From NCBI GenBank assembly GCA_046329585.1, contig JAXLUI010000001.1:168846-232845 (forward strand): a stretch of 64,000 nt of DNA. Direction: 5' to 3'. This stretch comes from Chitinophagaceae bacterium. GTDB taxonomy: Bacteria; Bacteroidota; Bacteroidia; Chitinophagales; Chitinophagaceae. Shown piece after piece: positions 20,201-29,232 of the stretch; position 1 is the stretch's first letter; every line of letters begins with the position of its first letter. The notes under the pieces were generated by a model, which saw nothing but the letters and a program-made list of their open reading frames with translations, did no database searches and was not told where the DNA came from. Both the position numbers and the translations under genes were made by a program.

Positions 20201-23200
20201 AGTGGAATGCAGCTATAAAAACGGAAGGCCAGCCCGGTGAGAAAGCAAAACTGTTGCTCGGCACAAGTGATAAAGATGTTTATGTTATTCAACAATTGCA
20301 AAAGAATCGGGATGACAAGCGGGAGGATCAATACGCATATTTTAAACTCAGCAATCAGAAACAAACAATCGAAACCGAAATAACAGAACAAAGCCGCAAA
20401 GGCCTTGGCCTTTATTATGCTTTTGTAAAACACAACCGTGTTTATTCCGGTGGTATAAATGTATATGTGCCATATACTGACAAAGACCTGGACGTTGTTT
20501 ATAAGACTTACCGCAATAAAACAGAACCGGGCAGCAAAGAACAATGGACGGTTGAGGTGAAAGGGAATAAAGGAGAAAAAACAACAGCTGAATTGTTAAC
20601 TGCCATGTATGACGCATCGCTTGACCAGTTTAAGCCGCATGAATGGATTTTACCGGATTTATGGCCTGTTGGATATACCAATAACAGCTTTTTAGCCGAT
20701 GATAATTTTGCTGCAGTAAATTCAGAAGAAAATAACATCCAGGTTAACGCGCCTTATTTTGAAAAGATTTATAATGAGCTCGTTGTAAACGGAGAAGCTT
20801 TTTGGGTTAAACTCAACAGCGTGTCTTACCCTGTTGGGATGCTGTCAGAACAAAATAAGGTGGTGATGTACAACGCTCCACTGGCCCTTGAACAGGCACC
20901 AAGACGCCTGATGGTTACTAAATTTACCGCACCAAAGATCGTAGCTGACGAAGAGTTAGCTGAACCCCTGCAATCAACCGGCGATATTAGGGGCGCCGTT
21001 AAGAAGAAAGAGGTGCCATCTTTCCAGCCTCGAAAAAATTTCAACGAAACAGCCTTCTTCATCCCTGATCTGTACGCTGATACCTCAGGAAATTACAGCT
21101 TTAGTTTTACCATTCCTGAGGCGTTGACACAATGGAAGTGGATGGTCCTCGCTCATACAAAAAATCTGGCGTTTGGTTATAAACAAAAAAAGATCATTAC
21201 GCAAAAAAGCCTGATGGTTCAACCAAACCTACCCAGGTTTGTCCGCGAAGGAGACCAGATGGAAGTACCAATCAGGGTGACCAATCTTGCTGACACAATC
21301 CTGACCGGAAAAGCAACATTGCAATTATTTGACGCAATAACAAATGACCCTGTCGACGGTGCTTTTCAGAGTGTATTTCCCGACCAGTATTTTACTGTCG
21401 AACCAGGAAAAAGCAGCGAAATAAAGTTCCCAGTCAGTATTCCTTTTGGATTCAATAAACCGGTAACAATCAGAATTATTGCTGAAGCAGGCGGTTATTC
21501 AGACGGCGAAGAAAATACTTTACCATTGTTAACCAACAGGGCACTTGTTACAGAAAGCCTTCCGCTCTTTCTGCGTGGTGACGGTAGCAAGCAGTTTAAA
21601 TTTGAGAAGTTGGCCGGCAATAATTCGGCAACACTTACCAATGAAAGCATTACCGTTGAATATACGCCCAACCCTATCTGGTTTGCCATACAGGCATTAC
21701 CCTATGTAGCCGAAGCGAAAAACAATAGTGCTGAACAGGTATTTAACCGTTTTTATGCAAATACAATGGCTGCCTACCTCTTAAAACAGCACCCCCGAAT
21801 CAAGGCCGTCTTCGATAAATGGAGGGCTGATACATCTGCACTCAAAAGCAATCTTGAGAAGAACCCTGAATTAAAACAGGCACTGCTGGAAGAAACGCCA
21901 TGGATTATAGATGCTACGAATGAAACACAGCAAATGAAAAACCTGGCTATACTTTTTGACTTGTCAAATATGAGCGATGCCACGCAGGCGTCACTGCAGC
22001 AATTAAAACAAATGCAGTTGCCCGACGGTTCCTTTTCGTGGTTTAGGGGCGGTTACCCCGATAGATATATTACGCAAACTATTCTCACAGGCATAGGCAG
22101 GTTAAAAATGCTCAACGCCATTTTGCCGGATCAAACGGCAGAACTCAACGGCATTGCACTTAGGGCGCTAAACTACTCCGACAACGAGATCACCAGGGAA
22201 TATGATCTTATCGTGAAAAGCAAGGTGGATAAAAACAAAAACAACCTTTCCGCTTCTGGCATCCAATATCTTTTCATGAGAAGTTATTTTAAAGATGTTC
22301 CGCTAAAAGACAAAAATGCACATAGTTTTTATTTCTTCCAGGCAATGAAATACTGGAATACACAATCTGTTTATCTGAAAGGAATGATCGCTGCAACTTT
22401 ATTCCGTAACTATTTCAGAACGTACACCTACAAAAACATTATTCCATCCATTCTCGAGAATACAATTGAAGACCCCGCAAAGGGCATGTATTTCAAAAAC
22501 AGCCAATGGGGTTATTACTGGTATCAAAACCCTGTAGAACAGCAGTCGCTCATGATAGAATTACTTAACGAAATGCAACCGTTTTTCAAAGACGCACAAA
22601 TGAAATCTGCGGTCAACGATATGCGTACATGGCTTTTACTCAATAAACAAACAAACAATTGGAAAACAACAAAAGCCACGGCCGATGCTTGCTATGCGCT
22701 ACTGTTAAACAGTGAACATGAAATAACCGACAACAGAACAGTACAGGTGAAACTCGGAAATAAACTGCTCCCGCAGGATGCAGCCGCCGAGGGCACGGGG
22801 TATATCAAAACCCGGATTGATGGAACTGCCGTAAATAACACGCTTGGAAACATAGCGATTACAGTTAAATCAAACGACACCGCAAACCATGCGAACTCGC
22901 CTTCGTGGGGTGCTGTTTACTGGCAGTATTTTGAAGATCTTGATAAAATAACTCCCGCTGCTACTCCCCTGTCACTTAACAAAAAACTATTTATAGAAAC
23001 GAATACCGCTTCCGGCAAAGTGCTTGTCCCGGTTAACGATAATGATGAATTGAAAGTTGGTGACAAAGTAGTCATTCGTTTGGAACTTCGCAGCGACCGC
23101 AACATGGAATACCTGCACCTGAAAGATATGCGCGCCTCGGCAATGGAACCATCGAACGTGCTTAGCGGATTTAAATGGCAGGACGGCCTTGGTTACTATG

Positions 23201-23385
23201 AAGCAACAAAAGACGCCTCATCCGATTTTTTTATCGATCATCTTTCCAGGGGCACTTACGTTTTCGAATACCCATGTTACATTACGCAGCGCGGTAATTT
23301 TTCGGTAGGTATTGCAACCATTCAGTGCATGTATGCGCCCGATTTCAGCAGTCACAGTGAAGGCATCAGGATCAATGTGGAGTAA
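17254..23385 (+). CDS. Alpha-2-macroglobulin (MG2/A2M) family protein, paralog 2, about 2,043 aa. The thioester Cys is replaced (SAEQ) and there is no plug insertion.
   Basis: Signal peptide MKRILLFVFLLTGFAKTIFAQ. Collinear homology to the upstream paralog (FFTDRSIYRPGQTVYFKA, RKNFNETAFF, LTQWKWMVLAHTK, VTIRIIAEAGGYSDGEENTLP). The thioester position reads AKNNSAEQVFNRFYAN. Confidence 0.8.
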   Translation: MKRILLFVFLLTGFAKTIFAQSKDSTYKKQWAEIDSLVLEKGLPKSALKNTNALYTQAKAEKQQDEAIKALLYRLALEPQVTETDVNKQIASISEEIAAAGDEAEAAVLNTILAAVYEDFFNNNSYRFYNRAATKKFAKADVNTWSADDFNDTISSLYNKAMTAAAILQQQPANRFEALVIKGNAGNLRPTLYDLLAHKALDFYKNSNRFVTKPSFAYEITAPAALAPADEFIIHRFSSVDSASNLLQALLLFQQLTKFHSKDVDPSAYIDIDIERLEWVKENSTINETDSLYKIALEAITATFPDNAATSQAWYLLIKIVADKAAEYNPFGDTTHRYGYVKAKQQIEERLTKQPAKSEGNSNMQQLLNEIVKKELKTQVENVNVPGQPFRMYVQYRNVQTMHLRIINAAALAGMPGTDQYEEGYWKAVTQLPYLTSSIQQLPDTKDYQQHATEIKIDPLEPGSYAILASSSANFNDSTDKLMLQRFDVSGISYIASNADYFILNRETGQPLKNVKVKYEFLQWDYKEREFVVSNSGSLLPDANGFVTLKDRIKGNDRNYALTIYQGKDSLKTNQDNRYVPYNNEKDDKTTPPDFEKRHTQFYFFTDRSIYRPGQTVYFKAIAVTKNQQTGKPMLASIKEALNLVLKNTNGQKIDTITIKLNSYGSLSGSFKLPLQTLTGNFSIIAEKYNGTANFNVEDYKRPTFFVEFDTLKSTYRLNDSIKITGAVKAYAGNNLDGAKIKFNVHRDTRFIYPWLFWRKIRPATSSQQIAQGEIITDAEGKFEILFVAQPDRSVDSSGDPVFDFSIDAAVTDINGETRDGSTQLSVGYKSLQLQLSVPGIADLNKFDTIGVTTENFSGNKVAANVKLNIYPLTVPTEIVRNRYWERPDQFVMPKDDYKRLFPYDEYADESDYHSWEKKASVFSGSVKTADSSFIKIAKGILKQGWYAIEAVSKDKDGNEVKDVAYTALYDEQSASLPSPQIEWNAAIKTEGQPGEKAKLLLGTSDKDVYVIQQLQKNRDDKREDQYAYFKLSNQKQTIETEITEQSRKGLGLYYAFVKHNRVYSGGINVYVPYTDKDLDVVYKTYRNKTEPGSKEQWTVEVKGNKGEKTTAELLTAMYDASLDQFKPHEWILPDLWPVGYTNNSFLADDNFAAVNSEENNIQVNAPYFEKIYNELVVNGEAFWVKLNSVSYPVGMLSEQNKVVMYNAPLALEQAPRRLMVTKFTAPKIVADEELAEPLQSTGDIRGAVKKKEVPSFQPRKNFNETAFFIPDLYADTSGNYSFSFTIPEALTQWKWMVLAHTKNLAFGYKQKKIITQKSLMVQPNLPRFVREGDQMEVPIRVTNLADTILTGKATLQLFDAITNDPVDGAFQSVFPDQYFTVEPGKSSEIKFPVSIPFGFNKPVTIRIIAEAGGYSDGEENTLPLLTNRALVTESLPLFLRGDGSKQFKFEKLAGNNSATLTNESITVEYTPNPIWFAIQALPYVAEAKNNSAEQVFNRFYANTMAAYLLKQHPRIKAVFDKWRADTSALKSNLEKNPELKQALLEETPWIIDATNETQQMKNLAILFDLSNMSDATQASLQQLKQMQLPDGSFSWFRGGYPDRYITQTILTGIGRLKMLNAILPDQTAELNGIALRALNYSDNEITREYDLIVKSKVDKNKNNLSASGIQYLFMRSYFKDVPLKDKNAHSFYFFQAMKYWNTQSVYLKGMIAATLFRNYFRTYTYKNIIPSILENTIEDPAKGMYFKNSQWGYYWYQNPVEQQSLMIELLNEMQPFFKDAQMKSAVNDMRTWLLLNKQTNNWKTTKATADACYALLLNSEHEITDNRTVQVKLGNKLLPQDAAAEGTGYIKTRIDGTAVNNTLGNIAITVKSNDTANHANSPSWGAVYWQYFEDLDKITPAATPLSLNKKLFIETNTASGKVLVPVNDNDELKVGDKVVIRLELRSDRNMEYLHLKDMRASAMEPSNVLSGFKWQDGLGYYEATKDASSDFFIDHLSRGTYVFEYPCYITQRGNFSVGIATIQCMYAPDFSSHSEGIRINVE

Positions 23386-23475
23386 TTTTTTATTCCGGCA
23401 CAGGCTTTTCATTTCGTAAACCTATCACTATTCTCACAACAGCTAGTATTGCCGCAGCTCAATACTGTTCATGCT

Positions 23476-23495
23476 GTACAAGTGAGTGACACAAC
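23476..23495 (-). repeat. Family-2 repeat, perfect
   Basis: GTACAAGTGAGTGACACAAC followed by aaaagcc. Confidence 0.85.
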
Positions 23496-23584
23496 AAAAG
23501 CCTGGCATGGCTCAAATGACGGTCGCAAAAACTTAAATACCCTTTCATACTGCACGCTTTCAAATCGCTTACTATATTCGCTTT

Positions 23585-24646
23585 ATGACAGTCGACTATA
23601 TTATTGTCGGGCAAGGCATCTGCGGAACATTTCTTAGCTGGAACCTCCTAAAAAAAGGCAAATCTGTATTAGTAATTGATGAGGCAAACCCATACTCATC
23701 AAGCAAAGTAGCCAGCGGGGTAATTAATCCTGTTACAGGCCGGCGTATCGTTACGGTTTGGATGGCGGATGAACTCTTTCCGTTTTGCAAAAAAGAGTAC
23801 CTGGAGATCGGCAGCGATACCGGTAAAGACGTGATCAGTCAAAAGAACTGCATCAGCTTCGCCAATTCTGCACAAATGCTCGATGGGTATAGAAAACGTG
23901 CAGTTGAGCCAGCGAGTTATATAAGCACTATTACAAACAGGAAACTACTTGACCCGTATTTTAATTTCGTTTTTGATTGCTTTGAAATCAATCCCACTTA
24001 CCTAATCGATTTACAAACACTACTTCCAGCCTGGAGGAACCATCTCGAAAATAAGTCCAGCATTATTGCTGAAAGGTTTGAGGAGCGCTTTTTGCAGAGC
24101 AGCGATCGGAATGTACAGTACAAAGAGCACCATGCATCAAAAATTATCTTCTGCAACGGGGTTAAAACCTTTGACACCGCTTTTTGGGCACAGCTACCTT
24201 ATGTGCACAACAAGGGAGAAGTGTTGATCGCCGATATTCCCGGTTTGCCTGGCGATAACATCTACAAGTTTGGTCCGCTTACGATCGTGCCCTGGCAAAA
24301 TAATTTATGGTGGGTTGGCAGCACGTATGAGAATGAATTCGCAACTGCAGACCCCACCGAACAATTCAAAACAACTTTTACAGCTTCCCTCAAAGCCGTG
24401 CTAAAAATACCGTTTACCATCGTCGATCATATGGCTGCAATAAGACCCGCTGCAGTAGAAAGACGTCCTTTCGTTGGCCTGCACCCTAACAAACCTTCGA
24501 TTGGCATTTTGAATGGGATGGGAACAAAAGGTTGCTCTATAGGCCCATGGTTCGCAAAGCAACTTGCCGACCATCTTGTTGACGGTACAACCATTGATCC
24601 GCTCGCCGACATCCAAAGATTCAAACGCATCCTTTCAGGTATATGA
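23585..24646 (+). CDS. FAD-dependent oxidoreductase (DAO / glycine-oxidase-like family)
   Basis: N-terminal dinucleotide motif DYIIVGQGICGTFLSWNLLKKGKSVLVIDE. Confidence 0.7.
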   Translation: MTVDYIIVGQGICGTFLSWNLLKKGKSVLVIDEANPYSSSKVASGVINPVTGRRIVTVWMADELFPFCKKEYLEIGSDTGKDVISQKNCISFANSAQMLDGYRKRAVEPASYISTITNRKLLDPYFNFVFDCFEINPTYLIDLQTLLPAWRNHLENKSSIIAERFEERFLQSSDRNVQYKEHHASKIIFCNGVKTFDTAFWAQLPYVHNKGEVLIADIPGLPGDNIYKFGPLTIVPWQNNLWWVGSTYENEFATADPTEQFKTTFTASLKAVLKIPFTIVDHMAAIRPAAVERRPFVGLHPNKPSIGILNGMGTKGCSIGPWFAKQLADHLVDGTTIDPLADIQRFKRILSGI

Positions 24647-25112
24647 CAGCCTATACCACTAATGAATCGCTGTTGCATTTTTGGCTTGGCAAATTTGCAA
24701 CAATGCTTCTTTTTCAATTGATTTATAACTATTTACAACTTAGTTATGCAACAACGTTTAAATTCTGGCAATCACCTTTCCCGGCAATAAGGCGTTTCAA
24801 AACAATTGCATTTGCCATTCATAATACATACTTATCCATTCTTCCAAACGCAAGTCCCGCTGCTCCCACATGTACTTCATTGATGACTTCTCTGTCCTAT
24901 ATCTTTACGTCATCAAACCAAAAAAGGTGCAAGTCACCAAACTAAAATGAGCAACAAGTTTCTGGAACAGTTATTTACCCTTTGCAGATTAAGGGAAAAT
25001 CCACCGGAAATCTCCAGCCTGTAATACTTCACAAACAGTAAAGATTCAAACCGCGTAACCGCAGACCGCACATCTGCCCGCAACTATTTATTCTCAGCAA
25101 CATTCACAAACA

Positions 25113-25310
25113 ATGAAACCAATCTTTCTGGTCATTGTGGGTTCAGCTATGCTGATCCCCGCAATGCATCAAATTGTAGACGTACAGCCTGAAAACGAGC
25201 CTGCAAAAAAGGTATTACTTCAGCGGCCGCTGCTTGAAACGATAAAACAAAAGCCGGATTCTGAAGTATTGATCAATGACCTCAGCTACTGGATCGGGCG
25301 TTTACCCTGA
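25113..25310 (+). CDS. Small hypothetical protein with a hydrophobic N-terminus
   Basis: A 65-aa ORF only. No homolog was recognised. Confidence 0.25.
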   Translation: MKPIFLVIVGSAMLIPAMHQIVDVQPENEPAKKVLLQRPLLETIKQKPDSEVLINDLSYWIGRLP

Positions 25311-25431
25311 TTACTTAAGGCGCAGGCGTAGATCGCAAAAATAGCACATGAAATATGCGTAGTCAATGCGCTTTCAGGTCAGAAAAGGAGAAAGGACTAT
25401 TGACCGGGCAGCAGATCGCCATTCGGCCGCT

Positions 25432-25451
25432 GTTGCGTCGCACACTTGTAC
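25432..25451 (+). repeat. Family-1 repeat, perfect consensus
   Basis: GTTGCGTCGCACACTTGTAC followed by gacagcaatg. Confidence 0.85.
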
Positions 25452-25503
25452 GACAGCAATGCTGTTGAACGTAAAATTTTCATCAACAATAAAACAAACA
25501 ACC

Positions 25504-26142
25504 ATGGCAAACTTGGGCAAAAAAATTCTTGCTGCTTTTGTGGAAGTAACAGACGAAGAACCAACGACTGTTGCAAAGCAGTTAGAAGTAAAACAGCTTT
25601 CCACATCAGTCGATACTGTTCAAACGCGTCAAAAACCTCAGGCCAATAACACCACAACAGAGAAGTTTAAGCAGTACTTCGACCAGTTGTTTAAAGATGC
25701 AAACCTGCCCGGTCCCGATTACTTCGAGTTCTGTAAAATGACGGAAGCAATGCAGGCGATACTGGATGAAAAAGCGAGGTATAGTGCGGCTTTCGCAGGA
25801 TTGAGTGTGCAGGGTTTGGATAAGCAAAAACTGTTGAACACTGCTGCGTCATATTTAAAAATACTTGAAACAGATGCTAACAGCTTCGATTCAACTGTTG
25901 ATGCGGCATTAAAAGAAAAGGTGCAGGGCAAGCAACAGGAAATAGAAGCAAAGCAGAAACGCATCGCTGATATTTCAAGGGAAATAACCGATCTGCAACA
26001 CCAGATTCAACTATTGCAACATGAAGTGAGAGAAAATGAAGAAAGGATTGAAAGCAATAGCGGTGGTTATAAAGCAGCTTCAGAAAATATGAAAGAAAAG
26101 ATTTTATACGATATCGAAAAGATCAAACAACATATCGTATAA
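25504..26142 (+). CDS. Hypothetical coiled-coil protein
   Basis: The ORF start was trimmed to an internal Met downstream of the intergenic repeat. The C-terminal half has heptad-like repeats rich in Q/E/K. Confidence 0.5.
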   Translation: MANLGKKILAAFVEVTDEEPTTVAKQLEVKQLSTSVDTVQTRQKPQANNTTTEKFKQYFDQLFKDANLPGPDYFEFCKMTEAMQAILDEKARYSAAFAGLSVQGLDKQKLLNTAASYLKILETDANSFDSTVDAALKEKVQGKQQEIEAKQKRIADISREITDLQHQIQLLQHEVRENEERIESNSGGYKAASENMKEKILYDIEKIKQHIV

Positions 26143-26182
26143 CATGAATAAAAATTTTACTAACAATTAAAACAAATAAAAA

Positions 26183-27175
26183 ATGATCAACGCAATTGAA
26201 AATGTAAAAAGGCCTGGATGGTTTAGCGAGCCTAAGAATGTGGCTACCACCATTATCGGCTTATCACTCTTTGCAGGATTGGGTTACCTGTTTGCTGTTT
26301 ACCTCTTGCCGTTCTTAATAACGGTTACATGGAACCTGGTAAACTTAATTGTTGGTGGCGCAGTCCTTGGGTTCTTACTCATGATCGTTACCAGCAAAAA
26401 ATTTTGGAGAGCAATAAGGTACTTCTCTGAATTTATTGCCAACTACACCATTGGTATTGCGATTGAACTAAACCCCTTCAACATTCTGCAAATGAAAATT
26501 GAACAGGGTTATAAAGATCGTAACACTTTGTACCAGCAATCAGCAAAACTGAAAGGTAAACAAAGTGAACTGGTAGATAAGTTAAGTGATAAAGAGAAGG
26601 AATTGCAACTGAATGCACAGAAAGTAAAGATTCTCCAACAGGAAAAAGCGAACCCACGGCAGATTGACTTGTATGCAAACAACATACTTCGCTGTCGTGA
26701 ATACATAGACAATGTTTCACCCATTGTTGGAGACCTGAACAAGCTGATCAAATTCTCTGAAACTGCTTATGAAGAAAGTGGAATCATGCTGGAAGATGCA
26801 AAGCTTGACCTGGACGCAAAGAAAGATCTGTATTATTCTGTAACAACTGGCTTGTCAGCTGTAACCAGCGCTATGAAGGCGTTTAAAGGCGATGATGAAC
26901 TGAACCAGGATGCCGAGAAAGCACTAAGTATATTGAAACAGCAGATTGGTGAAAAGATCGGCCACATAAAATCTGCGATAGATGTAACGCAGCGCTTCAT
27001 GGATGACAAAGTATTGGAAGACAAAGCAAAATCTGCGCAGGCTATTGAACTCATCAGCCACTTTAACCTTGACACTGACTTCAACTATAGCAACAATGCT
27101 ATCAATAACAATGCAGACAATGGTAGACTAAAAGGGGTAACCATTACAGATAAATATAGAGGTCTGCTCGAATAG
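26183..27175 (+). CDS. Hypothetical membrane protein (two N-terminal TM helices) with a long coiled-coil domain
   Basis: Hydrophobic segments TIIGLSLFAGLGYLFAVYLLPFLITV and LIVGGAVLGFLLMIVT are followed by a K/E/Q-rich coiled coil. Confidence 0.55.
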   Translation: MINAIENVKRPGWFSEPKNVATTIIGLSLFAGLGYLFAVYLLPFLITVTWNLVNLIVGGAVLGFLLMIVTSKKFWRAIRYFSEFIANYTIGIAIELNPFNILQMKIEQGYKDRNTLYQQSAKLKGKQSELVDKLSDKEKELQLNAQKVKILQQEKANPRQIDLYANNILRCREYIDNVSPIVGDLNKLIKFSETAYEESGIMLEDAKLDLDAKKDLYYSVTTGLSAVTSAMKAFKGDDELNQDAEKALSILKQQIGEKIGHIKSAIDVTQRFMDDKVLEDKAKSAQAIELISHFNLDTDFNYSNNAINNNADNGRLKGVTITDKYRGLLE

Positions 27176-27205
27176 TTCTGCACAAAGCTGATCAAAGAAC
27201 AAAGC

Positions 27206-27225
27206 GTACAAGTGAGTGACACAAC
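27206..27225 (-). repeat. Family-2 repeat, perfect
   Basis: GTACAAGTGAGTGACACAAC. Confidence 0.85.
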
Positions 27226-27359
27226 GATGTTGAGGTAAAATTCAACAGTTGGTCACACAAAAAATGACAGCCGCAAAAAAGGGCATTGCGACTGACTGGT
27301 AAACTATTGCCCCTACAAAAACAAAAAACATTTTTAAAACAACAACAAAACATAAAACT

Positions 27360-29126
27360 ATGGCACTCAAATTAAAACCTGCAGGTAAATTACTAATCAT
27401 CGCCGCAGTAGTGACAACCGGAATACTAAGCGTAAGATGGTATCAAAGCCGCCCGAAAGAAGCAACACAATCTGTCGACCTGGGTAAAATAACATTGCCC
27501 GATGCTCCAAATGCATCATTAAGCACTGATGCAGTGATGCTGCAACTTCCAATGAACGACCAGGCAGTAAATGGCGGTACACAAATCACCTGGGAACGCA
27601 TGGCGTGGAACAGCCAGTTCAGTGGCATGTATGCCAATGGTGGCGTACGTACAACAAAAAATTCTTTGTTTGATAAAGCGCACTTAGATGTGACTTATGT
27701 AAGACAGGATGATTGCAACAAACAAATGGCAGACCTTGTAAAATTTGCAAACGATTATAAAAATAATTCAAATGCAACGGCAGTGTTGATCACGTTTATG
27801 GGTGATGGTATGCCTGCATTTATGACATCATTGGCAAAAGAGTTAGAGCCGCTTGGTGCAGAATATCAACCCATCATTATTCCTGTAGCACATGGTAAAA
27901 GTTTTGGTGAAGACCAGGTGATGGCACCGCCTTCATGGAAACAGGATCCGCACCATGCCATTGGCAAATGTGTTGCCGGTGTATTACGTGATGGCGACAT
28001 CAACATATTGCTGAAATGGGCTGGTGACAATGGTTTGAAGGTAAACCCGGATGAAACAACTTATGATGCAAACGCCATCAACATCATTGCTGCAAACGAT
28101 TTCCTGGATGCGCCTAACAAGTACATCGCTGGTTACACTGAAAAAAGAAAGATCGTTGTGAATGGTAAAACAACCGGTGTTGATACAACGGTTGGCGCAG
28201 ATGCGGTTGCTACATGGACACCCGGCGACGTAAACGTTGCACAAAAGAAAGGTGGACTTGTTACGATAGCAAGTACCAGGCAATACGCATCGCAAATGCC
28301 TAACCAAACAATCGCTATTAAGAAGTGGGCGTATGATCACAGAACAGATGTGGAGAACATGATCATTGCTCTGGCGCAAGCTGGCGACCAGGTAAGATCT
28401 TTCAATGAAGCAAAAGCATTCGCTGCAAAAGTTAGTGCTGCTGTGTACCAGGAAAAAGATGCTGACTATTGGTTGAAATATTACAACGGTATTGAAGAAA
28501 AAGATATACAAGGCCTGAAAGTGAATCTCGGTGGTTCAATGGTATTCAATCTTGCAGACATGGCAAACACGTACGGTTTAGGTGATGATAAAGTTGACCG
28601 TTACAAAGCTGTGTACAACACCTTTGGTAACCTGATGGTGAAAATGTATCCATCGTTAATGCCAACATTTATGCCTTACGAAAAGGCTGTTGACAAAAGC
28701 TTTTTGTACAGTGTAATTTCCAATCACCCTGAATTAATGGAAGGGAAAGCCATGCAAACAAACTACGCTGAAAATATTACTTCAGAAGTTTCTTCAAAGA
28801 GTTACAGCATAGAGTTTGAAACAGGTTCAGCCAACATCAAAACATCTTCTTATAAACTGCTCGATGAAATTTTTGAATCAGCTGTTGTTGCGGAAGGTTT
28901 AAAGATTGGTGTATATGGTCACACAGATAACAAGGGCTCAGATGCAGTAAATATACCACTTTCAGAGCAACGTGCAGAAGCTGTTAAAGCTTATCTGCAA
29001 AAGAAAGGCTTAAAAGAAAATCGTGTTGAAGCAAAAGGTTATGGTGCTGAAAAGCCAATTGCAGATAATAGCACCGAAGAAGGCAGGAGTAAAAACCGTC
29101 GTGTAGAAATTGTATTGGGTGAATAA
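27360..29126 (+). CDS. Membrane-anchored periplasmic binding-protein-like domain fused to a C-terminal OmpA/MotB peptidoglycan-binding domain
   Basis: N-terminal TM anchor. The C-terminus GVYGHTDNKGSDAVNIPLSEQRAEAVKAYL...RRVEIVL has OmpA_C-like signatures. The central region has two-lobe NitT/TauT SBP-like character, which is tentative. Confidence 0.65.
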   Translation: MALKLKPAGKLLIIAAVVTTGILSVRWYQSRPKEATQSVDLGKITLPDAPNASLSTDAVMLQLPMNDQAVNGGTQITWERMAWNSQFSGMYANGGVRTTKNSLFDKAHLDVTYVRQDDCNKQMADLVKFANDYKNNSNATAVLITFMGDGMPAFMTSLAKELEPLGAEYQPIIIPVAHGKSFGEDQVMAPPSWKQDPHHAIGKCVAGVLRDGDINILLKWAGDNGLKVNPDETTYDANAINIIAANDFLDAPNKYIAGYTEKRKIVVNGKTTGVDTTVGADAVATWTPGDVNVAQKKGGLVTIASTRQYASQMPNQTIAIKKWAYDHRTDVENMIIALAQAGDQVRSFNEAKAFAAKVSAAVYQEKDADYWLKYYNGIEEKDIQGLKVNLGGSMVFNLADMANTYGLGDDKVDRYKAVYNTFGNLMVKMYPSLMPTFMPYEKAVDKSFLYSVISNHPELMEGKAMQTNYAENITSEVSSKSYSIEFETGSANIKTSSYKLLDEIFESAVVAEGLKIGVYGHTDNKGSDAVNIPLSEQRAEAVKAYLQKKGLKENRVEAKGYGAEKPIADNSTEEGRSKNRRVEIVLGE

Positions 29127-29163
29127 CATTATGAACCCGGCAAAAGAACAAGAATTAAACATC

Positions 29164-29203
29164 GTTGCGTCGCACACTTGTACGTCAGTACAAGTGGCGG
29201 CAA
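29164..29203 (+). repeat. Family-1 repeat with an adjacent truncated inverted copy, forming a hairpin
   Basis: GTTGCGTCGCACACTTGTAC-gtca-GTACAAGTGgcggcaatg. The 9-bp perfect stem is CACTTGTAC / GTACAAGTG. Confidence 0.8.
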
Positions 29204-29232
29204 TGATTAAAGAAAAGTAAACCAAAATCAAA

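Noticed and set aside
24643-24945. 100-aa ORF in the 860-bp gene-poor spacer after the FAD oxidoreductase
   Set aside because: Low-complexity sequence with no signal or motif, in an AT-rich intergenic region. It is more likely non-coding. It contains a 10-bp palindrome, GCAAATTTGC, at 24689-24698.
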